From the IMG/VR virus record IMGVR_UViG_3300024999_000022: a stretch of 44,056 nucleotides of DNA. One strand, written 5' to 3'. Below the pieces are notes generated by a model. The model saw only the letters and a program-made list of their open reading frames with translations, made no database searches and was not told where the DNA came from. Below are positions 40,055 to 44,056 of this stretch, piece by piece (the first letter of the stretch is position 1; each line of letters opens with the position of its first letter). A program made the translations under genes and the position numbers. This DNA is from a virus.

Positions 40055-40508
40055 TGATACCCACTTTTTCCATTCTAGGATGAAAGAATACGAAAATGAT
40101 GAAGAAAGAGAAGATAAACTTCTAAAAAATTGGAAGGAAATTATCAAAAATGATGATATGGTTATACATTTAGGAGATTTTTGTTTTGGAGGAAGCACAA
40201 AAATGAAGGAATTAGTTTCTACTCTTCCAGGCAGAAAGATACTAGTTTTGGGTAATCATGATAATAAACCTCCATTGTGGTATATGGAAAGAGGATTTGA
40301 TTTTGCTTGTTACGAGTTTACTTGGAGAAATTTTATTTTTACACACAAACCAATAGAAAATACTAACGGAAAAATAAACGTACACGGACATCTACATCAA
40401 TTAAATAGTCACCATATTGAAGAATATCCTTGGTACAATAGTGAAAACTATTTTTTAGTATCAATGAAAGATAACAACTATAAACCTATTAACGTAAGCA
40501 CATTATGA
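40032..40508 (+). CDS. Small metallophosphoesterase (candidate RNA 2',3'/3'-phosphatase partner)
   Basis: ISDTHFFH, HLGDF, LGNHDN, VHGHLH. Confidence 0.7.
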   Translation: MSNIYLISDTHFFHSRMKEYENDEEREDKLLKNWKEIIKNDDMVIHLGDFCFGGSTKMKELVSTLPGRKILVLGNHDNKPPLWYMERGFDFACYEFTWRNFIFTHKPIENTNGKINVHGHLHQLNSHHIEEYPWYNSENYFLVSMKDNNYKPINVSTL

Positions 40509-40720
40509 ATGGAAAATGTTATGAATGTCAACTAAAAGAAAGAAAACATGAAATTGGAAAAAATAAAAAAGCATTTGATGATGCTATGATGGGAAATACG
40601 GTATGTCAAGGGATATGTGATTCATGTAATAAACTGGTGTTTATTTTACCAGAAAGAGACATGGATATAGCCATAAGAGCTTCGAATAATAAATTTATAC
40701 ATCCACTAGAATGGGATTAA
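40505..40720 (+). CDS. Small Cys-rich protein
   Basis: 71 aa, CYEC ... CQGICDSC. Confidence 0.45.
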   Translation: MNGKCYECQLKERKHEIGKNKKAFDDAMMGNTVCQGICDSCNKLVFILPERDMDIAIRASNNKFIHPLEWD

Positions 40721-40983
40721 ATAATGTAGCACAACTAAATAAAATAATAAAGCATTTTGAAGATCCACGTGAAATGGTTGTATATATTTTAGCTGAAAAA
40801 GATGTATCAAAACAACAAATGCTTTTTGGTTATTATAGAAGAAAGCTTTCAAATGAGCAAATAAGATATATTCGTGATCACCTTTCTCCTATTTTAAGAA
40901 TTGCTAAAAAAGAGTTTGGTGGTAAAGTTTCAACATGGATGGATGATATAGAGGATAAGCCAACACAAGCGGAATTGCTATAG
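40711..40983 (+). CDS. Hypothetical protein
   Basis: 90-aa ORF overlapping the upstream gene by 10 nt. Confidence 0.45.
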   Translation: MGLNNVAQLNKIIKHFEDPREMVVYILAEKDVSKQQMLFGYYRRKLSNEQIRYIRDHLSPILRIAKKEFGGKVSTWMDDIEDKPTQAELL

Positions 40984-40985
40984 AT

Positions 40986-41014
40986 TTGACTTTCTACAAT
41001 CAGTATGATATAAT
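40986..41014 (+). promoter_or_regulatory. Early-family promoter variant
   Basis: TTGACT-17 nt-TATAAT followed by TAATATATAAG. Confidence 0.6.
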
Positions 41015-41043
41015 TAATATATAAGTAAGTAATATAAAAGTAT

Positions 41044-41226
41044 ATGAAATGTAGTCCAGAAACAAATGGGGATAAGGAGGATATTGCAAACTATTGTAAT
41101 TCATCATGTAAGCACTTTGAAAAGTGTTCAGAACCAAAGGAATTAAACGAAAAAGCATGTATTAATTTTTTAAACCACGTTTATGGTATAAAATATAATA
41201 GATATGGAAAACTTATTCAGTGTTAG
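41044..41226 (+). CDS. Small Cys-rich protein
   Basis: 60-aa ORF, first after the 40986 promoter. Confidence 0.4.
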   Translation: MKCSPETNGDKEDIANYCNSSCKHFEKCSEPKELNEKACINFLNHVYGIKYNRYGKLIQC

Positions 41227-41884
41227 TGATTTAATAGATCAAAAAATATTAGAACAAGAACATGAAACAAAAGAAATTACATCATGGCATATTTCAAAAG
41301 TTGGAAGCTGTCTCACAGGTTTGTATCTCGAACGACTTGGTGCAACGCCAGAGAAGCCGTTTGATTCAAGAACACTCAGAGTTTTTGAAGTCGGAAAAAT
41401 GTTTGAATCTTGGGTTATTGAGACGATTAAGGATACTAAAGGATATGTCTTTGAAGAACAAGTAAGAGTAGAAGATAAAGACCTAAATGTTAGTGGCTAC
41501 GCAGATTTAGTTGTTACTCTTCCAAATGGAGAAAAAGAAGTCATAGAGCTTAAATCTCAACACTCTAGAGCTTTCTGGTATATGGAGAAGAGTGGGAAAC
41601 CAAGTAGGCAACATCAAATGCAGTTGTGGATATATCTATATCTTTTAAATATAAAAACTGGAAAACTGGTATATTTATCGAAAGATGATCTTGCCACTGC
41701 TGAATTTATTGTAGAGTTAGGAGATGAAGAGCTAAAAGCTGAAACGCTTGGTCGATTAGCAATTCTAAATGAGTCTTGGGAGAAAAAAATTCCTCCAAGA
41801 CCAAATGAAGACAAGGATGCTTGGGAAAATAAATACTGTCGTTTCCATAAGCAATGTAAAAATCAAGATAATTATTTAAGTTAA
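41204..41884 (+). CDS. PD-(D/E)xK nuclease, Cas4/RecB-like exonuclease
   Basis: GYADLVV ... EVIELKS (D ... ExK core), QMQLWIYLY, an N-terminal Cys (VGSCLTG) and a C-terminal YCRFHKQC. Confidence 0.6.
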   Translation: MENLFSVSDLIDQKILEQEHETKEITSWHISKVGSCLTGLYLERLGATPEKPFDSRTLRVFEVGKMFESWVIETIKDTKGYVFEEQVRVEDKDLNVSGYADLVVTLPNGEKEVIELKSQHSRAFWYMEKSGKPSRQHQMQLWIYLYLLNIKTGKLVYLSKDDLATAEFIVELGDEELKAETLGRLAILNESWEKKIPPRPNEDKDAWENKYCRFHKQCKNQDNYLS

Positions 41885-41888
41885 ATAA

Positions 41889-42095
41889 ATGGTAATATTG
41901 TTAACTATTCTTTGCTTAATTTCAATTGGAATAGCATTTGGATATAGACGGCTTTTAGAACAAGAAGAAGACGAATTGAGATATTGGAAAAATGAATACT
42001 ATTTAGCCAGTAAGCGTGTTATGGAAATAATCCAACATGCTGAAAACGATGTAAAAATTAAGAAACAAATTAATGAAAATTGTCAAAAAGGTTAA
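41889..42095 (+). CDS. Small membrane-anchored protein
   Basis: MVILLTILCLISIGIAFGY N-terminal helix. Confidence 0.4.
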   Translation: MVILLTILCLISIGIAFGYRRLLEQEEDELRYWKNEYYLASKRVMEIIQHAENDVKIKKQINENCQKG

Positions 42096-42492
42096 TGTTG
42101 GAGGAGAATGGGCAAAGGTTAAAGAAGACATTACTAATGAGGGTTCTATCACAATTCTAGACGCTGGACAAATGATTCCAGGAGAGTTTGGTGATAGACA
42201 CGTATTTAAAATTCGCACAAAAAATGGGGAAAAGATTTTTTCAGTCAACCAAACATCATTGAACAATTTAGTTGATGCATATGGAGATGATTCTGATGGT
42301 TGGGTATTAAGAAATGCAAAGACATATGTAATAAAGCAGAAAGTTGGAGACAAATTAAGAGATGTCGCATACTTGTGTGGAACTGATTATTATATGGATG
42401 ATGAAGGAGCTTTTGTTAAGGGTGTTCAAAAAGAACCACTACCAACAATTCAGATTAATGATGAAGTAGAATTATCAGACGTTCCATTCTAA
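42073..42492 (+). CDS. SSB-like protein (candidate ssDNA-binding protein)
   Basis: 139 aa ending in the acidic tip ...NDEVELSDVPF, which resembles the bacterial SSB DDDIPF tail. Sits in a recombination-gene context. Confidence 0.45.
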   Translation: MKIVKKVNVGGEWAKVKEDITNEGSITILDAGQMIPGEFGDRHVFKIRTKNGEKIFSVNQTSLNNLVDAYGDDSDGWVLRNAKTYVIKQKVGDKLRDVAYLCGTDYYMDDEGAFVKGVQKEPLPTIQINDEVELSDVPF

Positions 42493-42887
42493 TGCACAAA
42501 TTTATAGGAAAAATTAATAGTGGAACTTTTATACCAGAAAGTCAAGAAAAATATCACTTATGGTTGAGTTCCCTTGAGGGTAAGGATGTAGAATTAACAG
42601 TAAATAGATTAACTCGTGAACGCACTAACCAACAGAATAGACTTCTTTGGTTCTATATAAGACTTATAAGTGCGGAAACTGGTTATACTGAAGATGAGGT
42701 TTTAGACTTAATGAAGTCAATATTTCTTAAAGAGTTCAAAGATGTGGGACATAAAAGATATACAGTCGTAAAGTCGACTTCTAGCCTAACAACTGTTGAA
42801 TTCTCTAGATTTATTGAACAAGTTAAGGAGTGGGCAGCTAAAGAAATTTCTCTTTACTTACCAGAACCAGAACAATTAAAATTATAG
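42492..42887 (+). CDS. ninB: NinB/Orf-family recombination mediator
   Basis: RERTNQQNRLLWFYIRLIS ... VKSTSSLTTVEFSRFIEQVKEWAAKE parallels lambda NinB ERNRSLDQNRKLWACLGDVS ... GQSTSRMRVGEFAELLELIQAFGTE. Confidence 0.7.
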   Translation: MHKFIGKINSGTFIPESQEKYHLWLSSLEGKDVELTVNRLTRERTNQQNRLLWFYIRLISAETGYTEDEVLDLMKSIFLKEFKDVGHKRYTVVKSTSSLTTVEFSRFIEQVKEWAAKEISLYLPEPEQLKL

Positions 42888-42890
42888 CTT

Positions 42891-43379
42891 ATGCAAAAAT
42901 TTAAAAGTGGAGATAGGGTGCGAATACTAAGCGATGGAGGTATACTATGTGCAAAAGTTGGTGATATAGTTCATGTTGATTCCGTTAATGAAGATGGAGA
43001 AATTAACGAAATACTAGAATTTGGATGTGGGTATATCTATCTAAATGAATGGTATGAAAAAGTTGATACTATGAATGTTGTATCTGGAAAGGAATGCTTA
43101 GCAACATCAATAACTTCCAATTTAGTAAAGAATGGTTACAATTATAACAGTCACTCTAAAAAAGAATTAACAAGTAAACCTAAAAACATTATGTCAATTA
43201 TCACAAATGCATTTAAAAGCAAGGAAAATAAAGCACTAGAGTCACTTGGATTAGGATCAACAGAGGAACTAAATTCAGATGGTAGAGCAGAATTTATTAA
43301 CTTTTTGTTTTCTACAATGACAAAAGAAAGAACTGATTTTCTTAAGAAAATTGTAGAGATTAAAAAAGAAAAAGAATAA
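42891..43379 (+). CDS. Hypothetical protein
   Basis: 162-aa ORF. Confidence 0.5.
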   Translation: MQKFKSGDRVRILSDGGILCAKVGDIVHVDSVNEDGEINEILEFGCGYIYLNEWYEKVDTMNVVSGKECLATSITSNLVKNGYNYNSHSKKELTSKPKNIMSIITNAFKSKENKALESLGLGSTEELNSDGRAEFINFLFSTMTKERTDFLKKIVEIKKEKE

Positions 43380-43380
43380 T

Positions 43381-43536
43381 ATGGTATTTGGAGAAATTAT
43401 AGTCCTGTTATTGATTTGTTTGGCAGTATTTTTCATTGGAAACACATTTGGAGAAATTATTGTGGCAAAATTAATAAGAGACTATCAAGATAAAAAAGAG
43501 TTAAATAATAAAAAAATTAATAAAATACTTAAATGA
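43381..43536 (+). CDS. 51-aa membrane miniprotein coupled to the SPFH gene
   Basis: MVFGEIIVLLLICLAVFFIGNTFGEIIVAKLI. ATGA overlap with the SPFH start. Confidence 0.4.
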   Translation: MVFGEIIVLLLICLAVFFIGNTFGEIIVAKLIRDYQDKKELNNKKINKILK

Positions 43537-44056
43537 AGAATAAAAAAGGAAATGGACTCATTGGAGGAATTATACTTTTTGCAATCCTAATTGTTGGAAT
43601 TGTAGCTGCTACAAAAGTATACTCAATTAGTCCAGGAAATGTAGGTGTTCTTATTTATAAGGGTGGACAAAGTACTAAGGGAGTTTCAGATACGCCACTA
43701 ACACCTGGATGGGGATTTAGAAAATTATTCGTAGAAGATGTTAAAGAATATCCAACGTTCTTACAGACTGCTATCTGGACTAAGAGTTCACAAGAAGGTT
43801 CTAAAGATGATGAAAGTATCACTGCTAACTCAAAAGAAGGTGTTCCAGTAAATATGGACGTTTCACTTTCATACACACTAGATGGATCAAAAGTTCCAGA
43901 TTTGTATGTTAAATATCGTTCAAGCATTAAAGATATCCAAAAAAACTTCCTAAGACAGTCTGTGAGACAAGCAACACAGGACGCGTTTGGAACTTATTCA
44001 GTTGAAGAGATTTATGGAGAAAAGAAACAGGAAATTGCATCAAAAATAAAATCATC
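43533..44056 (+). CDS. SPFH/band-7 protein, N-terminal part (open at the window end; continues at 128..503 after the overlap)
   Basis: MKNKKGNGLIGGIILFAILIVGIVAA membrane anchor, then SPGNVGVLIYKGG ... GWGFRKLFVEDVKEYP ... ANSKEGVPVNMDVSLSY. No stop before the window end. Confidence 0.8.
   Translation, partial: MKNKKGNGLIGGIILFAILIVGIVAATKVYSISPGNVGVLIYKGGQSTKGVSDTPLTPGWGFRKLFVEDVKEYPTFLQTAIWTKSSQEGSKDDESITANSKEGVPVNMDVSLSYTLDGSKVPDLYVKYRSSIKDIQKNFLRQSVRQATQDAFGTYSVEEIYGEKKQEIASKIKS
43930..44056. repeat. Terminal overlap copy 2 (identical to 1..127)
   Basis: Exact 127-nt identity with the window start. Confidence 0.9.

Noticed and set aside
29094-43927. Alternative-frame or antisense ORFs within early-arm genes (29094-29303, 30474-30779, 32992-33177, 34829-35041, 35522-35788, 36339-36599, 36888-37309, 38028-38554, 41262-41465, 41614-41814, 42003-42353, 43655-43927)
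   Set aside because: Each is fully nested in or antisense to a gene with clear family motifs or tight operon packing. Translations are hydrophobic or low-complexity, typical of AT-rich shadow frames.
1-44056. Stop-codon reassignment (TAG, TGA or TAA recoding)
   Set aside because: Under the standard code the genome tiles almost completely into long ORFs. Family motifs are intact, and TAA, TGA and TAG all terminate genes at sensible positions. The single in-frame TAA at 27905-27907 is better explained as a pseudogene.
1-44056. CRISPR array, integrase/attachment site, transposase or IS element
   Set aside because: No regularly spaced direct repeats with unique spacers were seen. No tyrosine or serine recombinase or DDE transposase motifs were seen in any ORF. 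The only mobile-type genes are the two HNH nucleases.

Overview
The window is a complete tailed-phage genome. It is AT-rich and closes on itself: bases 1-127 are identical to 43930-44056, giving about 43,929 bp of unique sequence, and one CDS reads through the junction.

There are two divergent transcription arms. They meet at convergent terminators (1237-1322) and split at a GT-rich intergenic region (27774-28900).

The minus-strand late arm (28505 down to 1283) carries, in order:
- terS, terL, portal, scaffold and major capsid protein
- a shortened GroEL-like chaperonin
- a glycosyltransferase / nitroreductase / C2H2 cluster embedded in the structural module
- tail and fibre genes, including a triplicated domain
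- a GC-elevated three-gene cassette of small Cys-rich proteins with Shine-Dalgarno sites
- a metallophosphoesterase and a lysis cassette
- a tRNA(CAT), followed by about 320 nt of unexplained structured non-coding sequence with its own terminator

The plus-strand early arm runs from 28805 through the junction to 1233. It is driven by a recurring promoter, TTGAC(A/T)-N17-TATACTTAA. It opens with the most unusual content: two tandem pairs of a GS-like amidoligase and an Ntn (class II) glutamine-amidotransferase-like gene, separated by a small HExxH protein and a candidate sRNA.

Downstream on this arm are:
- a stand-alone NrdD C-terminal glycyl-radical-like miniprotein and a MazG-like protein
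- two HNH nucleases and many tiny Zn-ribbon ORFs
- a split RNA-repair set (Rnl2-like ligase, T4-Pnk-like kinase, metallophosphoesterase), interrupted by an NPPF methyltransferase and an HNH homing gene
- a Cas4-like nuclease, an SSB-like protein, NinB and NinG
- a cassette of a small membrane protein, an SPFH protein and a signal peptidase

I recognised no integrase, DNA polymerase, primase, helicase or CRISPR array. All family assignments rest on motifs read by eye and need HMM or structure confirmation.
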